From Opitutales bacterium (GTDB taxonomy: Bacteria; Verrucomicrobiota; Verrucomicrobiia; Opitutales; JABSRG01): 44,661 nucleotides of DNA. The position numbers were made by a program, and so were the translations under genes. The notes beneath the pieces are model-generated. The model saw only the letters and a program-made list of their open reading frames with translations, was not told where the DNA came from and searched no databases. Below, one piece after another: positions 14,318 to 25,617 of the stretch (positions within the stretch are counted from its first letter, which is position 1; the number at the start of each line of letters is the position of its first letter). Location: contig JBMYOQ010000033.1 in the NCBI GenBank assembly GCA_049599475.1, positions 1 through 44,661 of the forward strand, read 5' to 3'.

Positions 14318-17300
14318 ATGTTTGGCTCTAGCTTCGTCGCGCGTACCCTACTATCGCTCGCATTTTCAACTAGTGCGTTCTGTTTACAGCTCCCAATTCG
14401 AATAAATACTTGGGATGGTTCTCCCGAAATCCGTGAAATCTCATTGCCGGTCTCCGAGCCGGTAGACCGCATATACTTGCAAGTGCATGGTCTGCGCTTT
14501 GGTGGACAGCTCTCGGTCAGAGTGAATGATGCTGCTTGGACCCATGTATATAACAATAGCGTCGAGCTGCATCCGAATGAAAGGAAGCATCAAGGCATTG
14601 GCGGTATTTATTCTACCATACGTTTATTTCTTCCGGGAGATGGGTTGATCTCAGGACAATCCAATCGCCTCTATTTTAGGTTTAATGGAATTGATGGATT
14701 CACGACTGGTCTCAGAATTATTGATCTCGATTTTCTGGACGCAGATGGAGCGTCAGTAATGTCAGAGAATTCCATCTCTCAAGAGAATCCGGCGGAATGG
14801 TCGGGACCTTATACACCAGAAGATGTTGGAGGTGCTGAAAAGATAGAGGCGGGTCGAGTCTTGTGGGGGAAACGCGATCTCTTGTTCGAAGATTTCCTTA
14901 CAAAGCAACCGATCCGCGCTTCATGCGCTGACTGTCATTTTGATGATGGCAGCGACCTAAAATATTTTAATTTTGCGAATGAGACGATTATCGCGCGTTC
15001 CCGTTTCCATGGTTTATCCGAGGAGCAAGGTAAGCAGATCGCGAGCTATATCCGGAACATCGATTTAGGCCTCCCGGCAGGCATGGAGGCACCTGGGCGT
15101 CCTTGGAATCCTCCGTTTCAACCGGGACCGGGGACGGATCCTGTTGATGCTGGAAACCCAAATCAGCTGGCCGAGGCGGGGGCCCGTTGGCTCGCGGGTC
15201 GAGGTCTGGAGGCTGTGAAAGACAGCGACGAAGCAGTCTACGAGGCAGTATTCACCGAGGGTTCAGGGTATAGTCAAATCGCTGAGATGATGGACACCAT
15301 GGCTACCTTGAGTATGCGTGAAATTCCATTGACGATCCAATTCCCCGATTGGAACCAGTGGCTACCGCGGGTAGCACCGGTAGATATTTGGCCAGATGAT
15401 GTATTGCTGCGCGACGTACGTGTGTCTCAAGGGGACGAAAACAACGAATTTGTAAATCCTCCCATCGATTTGAGCCGCTTTTCGAGTCCAGATATTCCGC
15501 TCTGGCAAGGCCCCGAAGATCTCTTTCGCACCTTAGAATCACAGTTGGAGGGCAACGGGAAAAATAATCTCGCGAACGCCGGCATGTTAAACCGTGCATT
15601 TGGAGATTTTACGAGTGGAGTCGTGGATCATTGGTACGGTGTCTTTCGTTCCTCGGATAAGGCCTTGGATGAGATCTGGCAGGCAACGTTGGCAAACAGT
15701 AGCCTTAGCTATGATGAAATGCGGGCGGCCATTCTCAAATGGCGCTTGGTCAAGGCGACCTACCTAGTGCGGGATTTTGATTTGGAGACATTGAATGATG
15801 CGGCTACGGGAGATTTCTCCAATGCAAACGCACCTTACTACGCTCCGGAGCCTCTTTCTTTCCCCAGTAAAAATCCTCGAGGAGCTGCATGGGCTTTGGC
15901 CCCACACATTTCCGCTCAGAATACCAGCAATTTGGACGAGCAGGAATACCGCGTGGGAAAGGCTAATTCGAATCAGTGGTATCTCCTGCAGCAAGTATTT
16001 AACACCGGATATCGCAGGTCTTCCAATATGAATGTGCCCTTGGATTGGGCCTATGTGCGCTTGCACCTGAATGCTGCGAGTGATGCCACGGGGCATGATT
16101 ATTCTACAGCGACTTTGTTCAGTCAAATCAAGATGGCGCAGTCGCGTCGAATGGGTGTGGGAATCAAAAAATCGGGTTTTTCAATGAGAACGGCCTCGCC
16201 CAATTTCTTTTTCTCGAAGACTGACTTGCGCTGGGATAATTACCGGAAATTGAACGACTTAGATCCCGGGCTGTGGAATCGTTTTTTCGAAGAATATCTG
16301 TATGAGCTCCTGGATGTCGTGGGATCGTATGACATAAATGCATCTACTGGAGATCCCAACGCACCCTTCCGTGACGACGATGATCGCAACACCATCAATA
16401 CCGCAGGCGATCTTCCGAGGCCCTGGCTCAGTGGAAATACCTTCTTGAGACCTGATGAGGATTTTCTCACCAATACATATCGGATCTTGCCCTTTCTGAT
16501 GGAGCAATCGATCAACCCAGCTGTCCTGGAGGACTGGATCAACTGGCTGAGCTTTGCATTCCCGAAAAATGCCAATTGGGATAATCCCCCCTTAGAGATC
16601 AGCGATCCGAATAGTGACGGAGTTATCGAATTTCCGACGATCCCCTATTGGGACGAGCTCATTCAACCAGCTTCCAATTATCTGTATCTAGAAAACTTCG
16701 AAAACGGCAGCGCAAATGGATACAATGGCGCGTTCTCTTTGATAACTCATAAAGATCCAGTAACACGAAAACGCATCAGCGAGGATGTGCATCCACGGAG
16801 CGGAGGAGGCATCTATTTCGGGCGTCGGGGTCTGAATACAAATTCGACTGAAGAGACTGTTCGCAATATTAATAGCGGTGTACTCGATATCCCCGTGAGC
16901 CCGGGACAACGCTTACGCATTTCCATGAGGACGGCGTTCAAGCTTCCAAAGAATACGCCCATAGAAACGGTTCAGACTCGCATGCGTGTTACCTTTGATG
17001 CTGGAGGAACCCTGGATGGGGAGACCGTATTTATGAACTCTGCTCTTTTTAAGGAAAAATTCGAAACTTATGAGGACTTGATCGTAGTCCCGCCACAGGC
17101 GTCTAAAATAGTCGGTATCCAGGTGCGTTGGACCCGTTCCGCGGGAGGAAATGGGCAAGGCTATGTATATCTGGATAATGTGATGGTTCAGGACGCAGAC
17201 CCGATCGTATACCCCAACCTCACGATGAATCAGATTCCTGATATGCGTTCTACGTCTTCGAAGTCTGATGGCGACTCCATTGCTGTCCGTTGGAATGAAC

Positions 17301-18973
17301 CGGCGGATATGTCGAATATTCTGGGGTGGAAAATCTACCGTTGGGTAGAAAAAGCGGACCCCAATGATAACTCAGAGGAAATTTCGTTAACCTCTGCTCC
17401 GATCAGCTTACGTTATCGAGATTTCGATGACTACACCGTCGATCGCGGAATTACCTATCGCTACCGCATGAGTGCTATAGGCAAGAACGGAGACGAGGTC
17501 GCGGACTTATCAGATCACGTTCCCGGGACGCTCAATAGCACCGTGCCGAACATTCCAATGCGCCATGAATACCTTAAAGAAATAGATGGCGGTGGGGTGC
17601 GCATTAGCTGGTTTGGGGTGCCCGATATCGACGCTGAGGGGTATCGCGTCTACCGGAGAGAGACGGACAATCTCTCGGGCAGTTGGACACGTATTGATTC
17701 TTCCACTGTCCGCACATTACACTACGAAGATCTCTCTGCGATATCCGGAGTGTCTTATGATTATTACGTAAGCCCATTCACAACGGGGAAGGGGCGCTTT
17801 AATAATTCGGCGAATTTGATATCTTTCGATCCTTCGGCGACCGCCGCTGAGCGAGCGAACCCCACAGAGCTCGTCGCCTACGTCGATTTCGATGGAGGCG
17901 TGAATGATGCGGCGGGGAACCTAATATTTGATGTTGGAGATCCCACGAATATCGAACTTGGCGCCGGAGTGATTGGGGATGCTTATCGGGTTACGCGAAA
18001 CAGCGACAGAATTCGGCTAGAAGATAATGAGCTGCTCAACTCGGGTGATGGGTATCCTCGGCGAACCGTTGCCCTGTGGTTCAAGCTAGATTCAATTGGC
18101 GGCCCACAGACGATCTACGAAGAAGGTGGTTTCAATGTGGGTATTCACATCTACATGGTCGACGACACCTTGTATGCCGGAGCTTATAATGCGCCCGATG
18201 GCTGGGAAGGGACTTGGCGTAAATTGTCAGGAGTGACGGCTGGGGAATGGCATCACCTTGCCTTGGTGATCGACGCAGATGTGAGCCCGGATGCTGTGGC
18301 TGCCGATCAGTTTTTCGCCTACTTTAATGGGGTTGAGTTCGACCCTGGGAACAGCCTTGGCATGCGGCTCCGACGCCACGTGGATAATGGTGCTATTGGG
18401 AGCACTGTATCTGTCTACAGAACGCATGACGGGTCGAACTCGGACAATATGCTGGGATTGGTTGATGAGTTTATTCTGTGGAACCGTGCGTTGACGCATG
18501 CCGAAGTTGCTGCGTTGGCAGGTCAGTCGATCAACTACACCCTGGATTCGTTCCGAAGCCAATACCTCCTCGCTTCGGATGGATCTGATGACTATCGAGA
18601 TTGGTCGGGAGATGGAATTAGCAATATCGCCTACTATCACTTCGGCCTAGGTGACCCGCGGCAGAGTGGTCAAATGGCTTTGCAGCGGGGAGGAACGCCT
18701 ATGGGAGGTTTCCCCATCGTCGAACCAGAAGATGCGAATACCCTAGCCTACAGTTATGTGCGTAACAAAATGCAGAACAGCTATGAATATCGGATTTCGA
18801 AAAGTTCTGATTTGGAGAGCTGGCAATTGGTGGAAAACCTGCCAGTCGAAGACAGGCCATCGAGGGAAGCAGAAATACAGGACATTGATGGCACCTACGA
18901 GATTGTGACTGAATTTTTCGACATGAGAGACGTCGATGCCTTCTATCGCACGGAGGTCCTCGAAAACTATTGA
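14318..18973 (+). CDS. Large secreted protein with one CxxCH heme motif, FN3-like and LamG-like domains
   Basis: Signal-like N-terminus, SCADCH, ISWFGVPDIDAEGYRVYR, WHHLALV...GLVDEFILWNRALT; start 14318 or 14270. Confidence 0.8.
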   Translation: MFGSSFVARTLLSLAFSTSAFCLQLPIRINTWDGSPEIREISLPVSEPVDRIYLQVHGLRFGGQLSVRVNDAAWTHVYNNSVELHPNERKHQGIGGIYSTIRLFLPGDGLISGQSNRLYFRFNGIDGFTTGLRIIDLDFLDADGASVMSENSISQENPAEWSGPYTPEDVGGAEKIEAGRVLWGKRDLLFEDFLTKQPIRASCADCHFDDGSDLKYFNFANETIIARSRFHGLSEEQGKQIASYIRNIDLGLPAGMEAPGRPWNPPFQPGPGTDPVDAGNPNQLAEAGARWLAGRGLEAVKDSDEAVYEAVFTEGSGYSQIAEMMDTMATLSMREIPLTIQFPDWNQWLPRVAPVDIWPDDVLLRDVRVSQGDENNEFVNPPIDLSRFSSPDIPLWQGPEDLFRTLESQLEGNGKNNLANAGMLNRAFGDFTSGVVDHWYGVFRSSDKALDEIWQATLANSSLSYDEMRAAILKWRLVKATYLVRDFDLETLNDAATGDFSNANAPYYAPEPLSFPSKNPRGAAWALAPHISAQNTSNLDEQEYRVGKANSNQWYLLQQVFNTGYRRSSNMNVPLDWAYVRLHLNAASDATGHDYSTATLFSQIKMAQSRRMGVGIKKSGFSMRTASPNFFFSKTDLRWDNYRKLNDLDPGLWNRFFEEYLYELLDVVGSYDINASTGDPNAPFRDDDDRNTINTAGDLPRPWLSGNTFLRPDEDFLTNTYRILPFLMEQSINPAVLEDWINWLSFAFPKNANWDNPPLEISDPNSDGVIEFPTIPYWDELIQPASNYLYLENFENGSANGYNGAFSLITHKDPVTRKRISEDVHPRSGGGIYFGRRGLNTNSTEETVRNINSGVLDIPVSPGQRLRISMRTAFKLPKNTPIETVQTRMRVTFDAGGTLDGETVFMNSALFKEKFETYEDLIVVPPQASKIVGIQVRWTRSAGGNGQGYVYLDNVMVQDADPIVYPNLTMNQIPDMRSTSSKSDGDSIAVRWNEPADMSNILGWKIYRWVEKADPNDNSEEISLTSAPISLRYRDFDDYTVDRGITYRYRMSAIGKNGDEVADLSDHVPGTLNSTVPNIPMRHEYLKEIDGGGVRISWFGVPDIDAEGYRVYRRETDNLSGSWTRIDSSTVRTLHYEDLSAISGVSYDYYVSPFTTGKGRFNNSANLISFDPSATAAERANPTELVAYVDFDGGVNDAAGNLIFDVGDPTNIELGAGVIGDAYRVTRNSDRIRLEDNELLNSGDGYPRRTVALWFKLDSIGGPQTIYEEGGFNVGIHIYMVDDTLYAGAYNAPDGWEGTWRKLSGVTAGEWHHLALVIDADVSPDAVAADQFFAYFNGVEFDPGNSLGMRLRRHVDNGAIGSTVSVYRTHDGSNSDNMLGLVDEFILWNRALTHAEVAALAGQSINYTLDSFRSQYLLASDGSDDYRDWSGDGISNIAYYHFGLGDPRQSGQMALQRGGTPMGGFPIVEPEDANTLAYSYVRNKMQNSYEYRISKSSDLESWQLVENLPVEDRPSREAEIQDIDGTYEIVTEFFDMRDVDAFYRTEVLENY

Positions 18974-19085
18974 AATCGGCGAGAAGCTCTAAACTGCTAT
19001 AAATAAGGTCAGAAATATCAGAAACTTTAGCCCGGGAAGTCGTTCACGCTTTTCAAGTTAGGATAATCGCTTCTAAGGTGGCTTC

Positions 19086-19499
19086 GTGCGACTTCCTCTA
19101 AAGACTGAATATGCCTGCCGCGTGCTTGCTCAACTGGGCACATACTACGGCTCCAATAAGTTGGCCCAGATCGACTTATTGGCGCGCTTGGAGGACATTC
19201 CTGCAAACTATTTGGTGCAGATTCTCAACGAGTTGCGGAAATCCGGTCTGATCGGGAGTAAGCGTGGCAAGCAGGGAGGCTACTTCCTTGTGGATGCGCC
19301 GGACAAGGTGACTCTGCTCGATATCTTTCGGGCGGTCGATGCCGACGGCCTCGAAGGTGCACCTCAGGGATCCGGTCAATCGGGTGAACGAATTGCCGCG
19401 ATCTGGAAAGACGTTTCTGACAAGATGCATAATGTACTGACAGAAGTCACCCTCAAGGACTTCATGGGAGAAAACGAAGACAACATGTATTACATTTAA
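19086..19499 (+). CDS. Rrf2-family transcriptional regulator (no Fe-S Cys triad)
   Basis: TEYACRVL, YLVQILNELRKSGLIGSKRGKQGGY. Confidence 0.92.
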   Translation: MRLPLKTEYACRVLAQLGTYYGSNKLAQIDLLARLEDIPANYLVQILNELRKSGLIGSKRGKQGGYFLVDAPDKVTLLDIFRAVDADGLEGAPQGSGQSGERIAAIWKDVSDKMHNVLTEVTLKDFMGENEDNMYYI

Positions 19500-19514
19500 A
19501 CCTGCGATTCTGGC

Positions 19515-20060
19515 ATGACTGATATTTCGACGATTCTTAAATCCCAAATTCGCACGGCTCGCAATTGGCCCAAGCCAGGCATCAACTTCCGTGACGTCTC
19601 GGGAGTCTTTGCCGATGTCGAGACCTTCCAGGCTTTGATCTCGTGGTTTGGCGAGATTGTTGATCGGGAAAATATCACCCGTATTGCGGGCATCGACGCT
19701 CGGGGATTTCTGATCGCGGGTGCACTCGCGCATGCAAAGAAACTTCCGCTCGCCCTGGTTCGGAAAAAGGGAAAACTCCCGCCGGAAACGATCGAAGCGT
19801 CTTACTCCCTCGAATACGGGACCGCTTCGATCGAAGTGCAAATGGGGATTGTCGAAAAGGAGGACCATTTGCTCTTGATCGACGACCTCATCGCTACGGG
19901 TGGGACACTGCGGGCGTCTATTGAGCTGTTCAACCGCTTGGGGCTGCAAAAAGTAACGGTGGGTGCCATTATCGATCTTCCCGAACTCGGAGGTTCCCGC
20001 CTGCTCGAAGAGGCTGGAATCCCTGTAAACTACGCCTGCGCTTACACCGAGGACGAGTAG
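19515..20060 (+). CDS. apt: Adenine phosphoribosyltransferase
   Basis: WPKPGINFRD, RKKGKLP, YSLEYG, LIDDLIATGGT. Confidence 0.95.
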   Translation: MTDISTILKSQIRTARNWPKPGINFRDVSGVFADVETFQALISWFGEIVDRENITRIAGIDARGFLIAGALAHAKKLPLALVRKKGKLPPETIEASYSLEYGTASIEVQMGIVEKEDHLLLIDDLIATGGTLRASIELFNRLGLQKVTVGAIIDLPELGGSRLLEEAGIPVNYACAYTEDE

Positions 20061-20132
20061 GGATCGATACCTGCTTGTGCCTCATGCTGTTCGCAAATGT
20101 ATCCAGATATAGAAAATAGATCTTGTTAAAAT

Positions 20133-21434
20133 ATGACGGAGTCCTCGCGTAATCTCTGGAAATACATCGGACCCGGTTTATGCATGGCTGGTGCTGCCAT
20201 TGGGGTGTCTCACATTATGCAGTCCACTCGGGCCGGAGCCAACTACGGGTTCTACTTGCTCGTATTTGTCCTGCTTTCCAACTTCTTCAAATACTGCGCA
20301 TTTGAAAGTGGTCACCGATATGCCGCCGCGACAGGGGAGTCTTTGATCGAGGCCTATCGCAAGCTCGGTAAATGGCAGCTCTGGGCCTTTGAGTGTGTCA
20401 CCGTGATCACATGTATCGGTAGTATCGCAGCTGTATCCTATGTCACTGGGGCCCTAGCGTGGTCGACTTGGATCAAGGTCTTCGGAGCTGAGCTTAAGAT
20501 TTTCGGAACTTACGTCATCGGGATCAAAGAATGGAGCTTCGCGATGATGGCTCTGTGTCTCACTATTTTGCTGGCTGGCCACTACAGCTGGCTGAACAAT
20601 ATTATAAAATACATCATGGTCCTGTTAGCGGTGGCTACTTTTGTAGCTTTTGCCGCAGCGGCGATCCATGGGCCCGTCGGTGAACCCACTGAAGGCGCGA
20701 GCCCTTGGAACTGGGCGGGCTTCGCATTCATCATCGCACTCATGGGCTGGATGCCGGCGCCGATAGAAGTATCCGTCTTCCAATCTCTTTGGATCCAAGC
20801 GAAGGATCGGAACGACGGGCAACACATGTCCTGGCGGGAAGCAAAGATCGATTTCAATATTGGTTACATTCTCACCGTCGTCCTTGCTGTCGTTTTCATA
20901 TCCTTGGGCGCATGGGTAATGTATGGATCGGGTGAAGAATTTGCATCGAGCAATGTGGCGTTTACCCAACAGTTGGTGACTCTCTACACCAAACACCTAG
21001 GAGACTGGATTACGCCGATTATCGCCTTTGCCGCATTTGCAGCTATGTTCTCCACGACGATTACGGTGGTCGATGGCTATCCTCGCACCTTGGCGGAGGG
21101 GATGCGCAGCTTATTTCCCAGCCTCAAGATGGGCCCGCGCCCAGCGCATGCCGTATGGCTTTTGTTTAGCTGTGGCGTAGCCTGCTGGATTATTAATTAT
21201 GTCGACGGGGATGCTGATAGCCTTACGCGACTCGTAGATATTGTAACCGTTATTGCCTTCCTGACTGGCCCATTCTTCGCTGGACTCAATCACGCAGTGG
21301 TTTTCGGAAAGCACATGCCTGAGGAATCGCGGCCTAGTAAGAAAATGTGGATCCTCAGCTGGGTTAGCCTCATTTTCCTCTCAGCGTTCACACTGGTCTA
21401 CATCATCGCTCGATGGGGCTTTGATAAGATCTAG
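20133..21434 (+). CDS. NRAMP-like divalent cation transporter
   Basis: GPGLCMAGAAIGVSH, multiple TM segments, AMFSTT. Confidence 0.8.
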   Translation: MTESSRNLWKYIGPGLCMAGAAIGVSHIMQSTRAGANYGFYLLVFVLLSNFFKYCAFESGHRYAAATGESLIEAYRKLGKWQLWAFECVTVITCIGSIAAVSYVTGALAWSTWIKVFGAELKIFGTYVIGIKEWSFAMMALCLTILLAGHYSWLNNIIKYIMVLLAVATFVAFAAAAIHGPVGEPTEGASPWNWAGFAFIIALMGWMPAPIEVSVFQSLWIQAKDRNDGQHMSWREAKIDFNIGYILTVVLAVVFISLGAWVMYGSGEEFASSNVAFTQQLVTLYTKHLGDWITPIIAFAAFAAMFSTTITVVDGYPRTLAEGMRSLFPSLKMGPRPAHAVWLLFSCGVACWIINYVDGDADSLTRLVDIVTVIAFLTGPFFAGLNHAVVFGKHMPEESRPSKKMWILSWVSLIFLSAFTLVYIIARWGFDKI

Positions 21435-21474
21435 TCGTTGCGCTTGGAGGATTCCGACAGGAATCGGGTGAAAC

Positions 21475-21501
21475 AAAAAAGCCTCCGCGATGGGAGGCTT
21501 T
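21475..21501. terminator. Terminator between convergent genes
   Basis: AAAAAAGCCTCC-GCGATG-GGAGGCTTT. Confidence 0.8.
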
Positions 21502-21533
21502 GAAGAGTCATAATCCAAATGTGTGGCAGCCGC

Positions 21534-22253
21534 TTACTGGCCGGCTTGCATCATCGCTTGTTGAGTCGCTTGCATGACTGCGGGCATCATCAGCTCTGAC
21601 ATTTTGCGCTGGATTTCGGGGGCTTTTTCCAGAGTAGATTGACCTGCCGGTGAAGCGTAAAAGCTAGAAATTGCCTCAAGTTCGGTCTGGGTGAAGGTCT
21701 CAGCATACACCTCAGTGAGCCCTGTTTCGATGGGTTTCCAATCGATATTCTTAAACATGTTCTCGATGGTCTTCATCTTCTTTTGGAAAGCTTTATTATT
21801 GGGGTCGGCATTTGGGTCCTGAGCCATCATCTGCTGCTGCATCATTTTCTTGATGCTCTCGATTTGGACATCGAGGCTGTCCCCAATCATTTCCTCAAAA
21901 TTGATCATGTTCATGATCTTTTGTGCTTCGGCTAGGCGTTTTTTCGGGTCCCCAGTAGTCGGGGCAGTCGTTTCTTTTTTCGCTTCTAAGTTCAGAGTGA
22001 AATCCTTGCCTTCTTTACTCAGCTTCAAGGTCTTGCTCTCGGCATCGAATCCTTTCAGTTGGTAGCCCTTGTAGTTTTGTCCGACCTTTACCCAGCTGCT
22101 GGATTGCCCGTCGGAGGCACTGATGGAGAAGACTTGGGTGTCTCCCGAGTCGAGGATTCCGCGCAGGACAATGTCGTTTGCGGCTTCAGCTCCGAAGAGG
22201 CTGGAACCCGTGATAGATAGGGTGAGGAGGAGTGTAGATATTTGGGATTTCAT
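21534..22253 (-). CDS. Secreted DUF2059-like protein
   Basis: Signal peptide MKSQIST..., YAETFTQTELEAISSFYASPAGQ; start reassigned. Confidence 0.8.
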   Translation of the reverse strand: MKSQISTLLLTLSITGSSLFGAEAANDIVLRGILDSGDTQVFSISASDGQSSSWVKVGQNYKGYQLKGFDAESKTLKLSKEGKDFTLNLEAKKETTAPTTGDPKKRLAEAQKIMNMINFEEMIGDSLDVQIESIKKMMQQQMMAQDPNADPNNKAFQKKMKTIENMFKNIDWKPIETGLTEVYAETFTQTELEAISSFYASPAGQSTLEKAPEIQRKMSELMMPAVMQATQQAMMQAGQ

Positions 22254-22387
22254 GGTATTCAAAGAGGGGAGCGTTTTGGCTAAATGATTTTGTTTGAGGC
22301 GTGATAAAAATAATAACCTGTATTTTCGTCTAATTGGGCCGATTCTCTGCTTGATGTCACGCAATTGAATTCCTTTTTTAACGGAGA

Positions 22388-23653
22388 ATGCCCAAGAATA
22401 TTGGATTTGTATCAACCCGGTTTGCGGGATCAGACGGAGTATCACTCGAAAGCGCGAAATGGGCGGAAGTTCTTTGGGACGATCGCCATGTATCCTATTG
22501 GTATAGTGGACGCAATGATAGAAGCCCCGGCGTAAGCATGTGCGTGCCCGAGGCCTATTTCGGGCATCCCGAAGTGCAATGGATAAACGAGCGCATTTGG
22601 GGCCACACGCGACGAGATCGCTTGGTCACACGTCGTATCCGTGAGTTGGCGAATTATCTCAAAGACTCGCTCTACCGCTTCGTCGAGTATCATAAGATAG
22701 ACATCCTGGTCCCCCAGAATGTCTTGGCAATACCGATGCACGTGCCGCTCGGGATTGCAGTGACGGAGTTTCTCGCGGAGACCAATATGCCCGCTATTGC
22801 GCACCATCACGATTTTTATTGGGAGCGCACACGCTTCAGTATTGGTGGCATTCAGGACTATCTCGATATGGCCTTCCCCCCACGCTTGCCGAACATTCGC
22901 AGCGTGGTGATCAATCAAGCCGCACAAGAGCAGTTGTCGCTGCGTAAGGGCGTGCCATCCTATTACGTCCCCAATGTCTTTGATTTCGATAATCCGCCTC
23001 CGGAAGACCCCGACCCATACACCTCGGATTTTCGCAAGGAGATCGGTCTGACCGACGACGATATTCTCATTCTTCAGCCGACACGTATTGTGCCGCGTAA
23101 GGGCATCGAGCACGCGATCAAGATGGTGGCCATGCTCGACGATCCGCGCTGCAAATTGGTGATTTCTCACGATGCCGGTGACGAAGGGCATGAATACAAA
23201 AACTTGCTCTCAGAGCTCGCCAAAGAGGAAAATGTCGACATGCGCTTCGTATCGACGCGTGTCGGTGAGGTGCGCCAGCTCGATGCTGAGGGCAATAAGA
23301 TCTACACACTTTGGGATATTTATCCGCATGCGGACATGGTTACCTATCCGAGTATTTATGAAGGCTTTGGTAACGCATTGCTCGAGGCGATTTACTTCCT
23401 TAAGCCGGTCCTCATCAATCGCTATTCGATCTACATTCAGGACATTGAGCCGAAGGGCTTTAAAATGTTGGAGATGGATGGATTCATTACTACGCAGCTT
23501 CTGGAGCAGGTGCGTCGCACGCTTAACGACGCCACCTATCGCCGCGAAATGGTGCTTCATAATTACAAGGTAGCCCGGCGCTTCTACAGCTATACCGTGT
23601 TACGCCGCATTCTTCGCACCTTGATCACTTCTCTCACTGGATATCAGCCCTAA
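22388..23653 (+). CDS. GT4 glycosyltransferase, mannosylglucosylglycerate-synthase-like
   Basis: [44 protein letters not shown]. Confidence 0.85.
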   Translation: MPKNIGFVSTRFAGSDGVSLESAKWAEVLWDDRHVSYWYSGRNDRSPGVSMCVPEAYFGHPEVQWINERIWGHTRRDRLVTRRIRELANYLKDSLYRFVEYHKIDILVPQNVLAIPMHVPLGIAVTEFLAETNMPAIAHHHDFYWERTRFSIGGIQDYLDMAFPPRLPNIRSVVINQAAQEQLSLRKGVPSYYVPNVFDFDNPPPEDPDPYTSDFRKEIGLTDDDILILQPTRIVPRKGIEHAIKMVAMLDDPRCKLVISHDAGDEGHEYKNLLSELAKEENVDMRFVSTRVGEVRQLDAEGNKIYTLWDIYPHADMVTYPSIYEGFGNALLEAIYFLKPVLINRYSIYIQDIEPKGFKMLEMDGFITTQLLEQVRRTLNDATYRREMVLHNYKVARRFYSYTVLRRILRTLITSLTGYQP

Positions 23654-23659
23654 GCCGCT

Positions 23660-25408
23660 ATGATCGTAAAACTCCTCTCACAGACTCAATATGCGAAGAT
23701 TCGCAAGCGTCTCCTGAAGCTCTACGGTTCCCAGGCAGATGGGCTCATCGAACGCTTCTTCATGATGATCGGCCGATACGGTGTCGGTCTCAATGTGCCC
23801 ACTCCTAAGAAGAGTAAATGGGATGAATCTGATGTGGTGCTTATCACATACGCGAACACAATTCGTAACGATGCTCCCACCGAGACCCCGTTGATCGCAC
23901 TCCGTCGATTCTGCGAGTCCAACCTCAAGGGTGCGACGCCTATCATCCACCTGTTACCGTTTTACCCGTGGTCATCCGATGACGGCTTCTCGGTGATCGA
24001 CTACCGTGAAGTAGATCCCGATTCTGGTACCTGGCGCGACGTTGAACAGCTCGGGCAAAGCTTCGAGCTCATGTTCGATTACGTAATGAACCACTGCTCT
24101 TCGGAGAGTGCATGGTTTAAGGACTATGTCCTGGGTATCCAGCCTGCGCGCTATTACTTCCTGGAGATGGATCCGGACACAGATCTGAGCCAGGTCGTGC
24201 GTCCACGGACATCACCCTTGCTTACGCCTACTAAAACGCGGGAAGGGGACAGTCATATTTGGACAACCTTTAGCGCGGATCAGGTGGACCTCAATTGGCA
24301 GAATCCGGACGTTCTCTTTGAGTTCCTAGATATTCTGTTTCTCTACATCTCTAAAGGGTCGCGCATACTTCGCTTGGATGCGGTCGCATTCCTCTGGAAA
24401 GAACTCGGCACAACCTGTATCCACCACGAAAATACGCACGAGATTGTGCGCCTATTCCGTGATGTTGTTGAAGCTGTTGCGCCGGATCTCTTGATCCTTA
24501 CTGAGACCAATGTGCCTCATGAGGAAAACATCAGCTACTTCGGTCGTGGTAACGAGGCTCACATGGTTTACAACTTTAGCCTACCACCTCTTTTGCTGCA
24601 TGGCTTGCTCCGTGGGGATACGACCTATCTGTATTCTTGGGCAAAGGACCTTTCGGCACCGCCTAAAGGTTGTACTTATTTCAACTTTACCGCGAGCCAC
24701 GATGGTGTAGGGGTGCGTCCACTACAAGGATTGGTGCCGGACAGTGAGCTGGATTTCTTGGTAGACCAGGTTCAGTCAAAGGGGGGTAAAGTTTCCTTCC
24801 GGAGTATGGATGACGGATCTCAGAGACCGTATGAGCTAAACATTACATACGTGTCTGCGCTCTCCGAAAAGGATAACGAATCCTTGAGTATCGAGCGGGT
24901 GCTTTGTTCACAGGCCCTCGCATTCTCATTCCGCGGAATGCCCGCCGTGTATATTCATACACTGCTGGGTACGCCGAATTGGCAGGAAGGCTTTGAGGAG
25001 ACCGGGCGTAATCGCACCCTCAATCGCCGCCACTACGGCGAATCAGAGATCAACGAGATTATTGAAGACTCGGAAAACATACAGGCGAAGATCATGAACC
25101 GCCTCGTGCGTTTGCTACGCCGCCGTTCATCGCATTCCGCCTTCCATCCTGATGGCGAAATGATCATCCACGATTTGGGCAAAGAGTTATTCGGGTTTAC
25201 GCGTATTTCTCCGGATCAACAGGAGGTGATTATTTGTATTTTCAATTTCACGGCGGAGAAGCAATCGATCAAAAACCCGCAGAACACACCGCTTCTCAAG
25301 AGCGTGAAGCAGTTCTACGACATTGTGTCTGGTAAGACGCTCGGCTCTGGCAAAAATGGAATCATGCTCGAGCCATACCAGGCGCTTTGGCTTGTTCCAA
25401 GAAGCTAG
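23660..25408 (+). CDS. GH13_18 sugar phosphorylase (glucosylglycerate-phosphorylase-like)
   Basis: SSDDGFSVIDY, RLDAVAFLWK, TETNVPH, ASHDGVGVRP, PYELNITY. Confidence 0.9.
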   Translation: MIVKLLSQTQYAKIRKRLLKLYGSQADGLIERFFMMIGRYGVGLNVPTPKKSKWDESDVVLITYANTIRNDAPTETPLIALRRFCESNLKGATPIIHLLPFYPWSSDDGFSVIDYREVDPDSGTWRDVEQLGQSFELMFDYVMNHCSSESAWFKDYVLGIQPARYYFLEMDPDTDLSQVVRPRTSPLLTPTKTREGDSHIWTTFSADQVDLNWQNPDVLFEFLDILFLYISKGSRILRLDAVAFLWKELGTTCIHHENTHEIVRLFRDVVEAVAPDLLILTETNVPHEENISYFGRGNEAHMVYNFSLPPLLLHGLLRGDTTYLYSWAKDLSAPPKGCTYFNFTASHDGVGVRPLQGLVPDSELDFLVDQVQSKGGKVSFRSMDDGSQRPYELNITYVSALSEKDNESLSIERVLCSQALAFSFRGMPAVYIHTLLGTPNWQEGFEETGRNRTLNRRHYGESEINEIIEDSENIQAKIMNRLVRLLRRRSSHSAFHPDGEMIIHDLGKELFGFTRISPDQQEVIICIFNFTAEKQSIKNPQNTPLLKSVKQFYDIVSGKTLGSGKNGIMLEPYQALWLVPRS

Positions 25409-25531
25409 AGAGCTTGTCTAAAGCGCAAGCTTTCCGAACGCCGATAGCCGTTACTCACAGGTAGCGACTACCGCGATTGAGTCTGCTGACGCTGAGGACA
25501 GCGTCGCGCTGCGTTAGGAGTATTTTGAGGG

Positions 25532-25617
25532 GTAGAGCCGGATCACCGTATCCGGCACCACTCGGCCTTAGCCGCCGGAGCTAACGCGCTTATGCCCGTT
25601 CGGTGACCGGGCGCTAC
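25532..25617. repeat. Inverted pair of GTAG-type REP-like palindromes
   Basis: GTAGA-GCCGGAT-CACCGT-ATCCGGC and reverse-strand GTAGC-GCCCG-GTCACCGAA-CGGGC. Confidence 0.6.

Noticed and set aside
19176..19949. 257-aa antisense ORF, and similar ones at 22442-23191, 27322-27855 and 39747-40364
   Set aside because: Antisense shadows of well-supported genes
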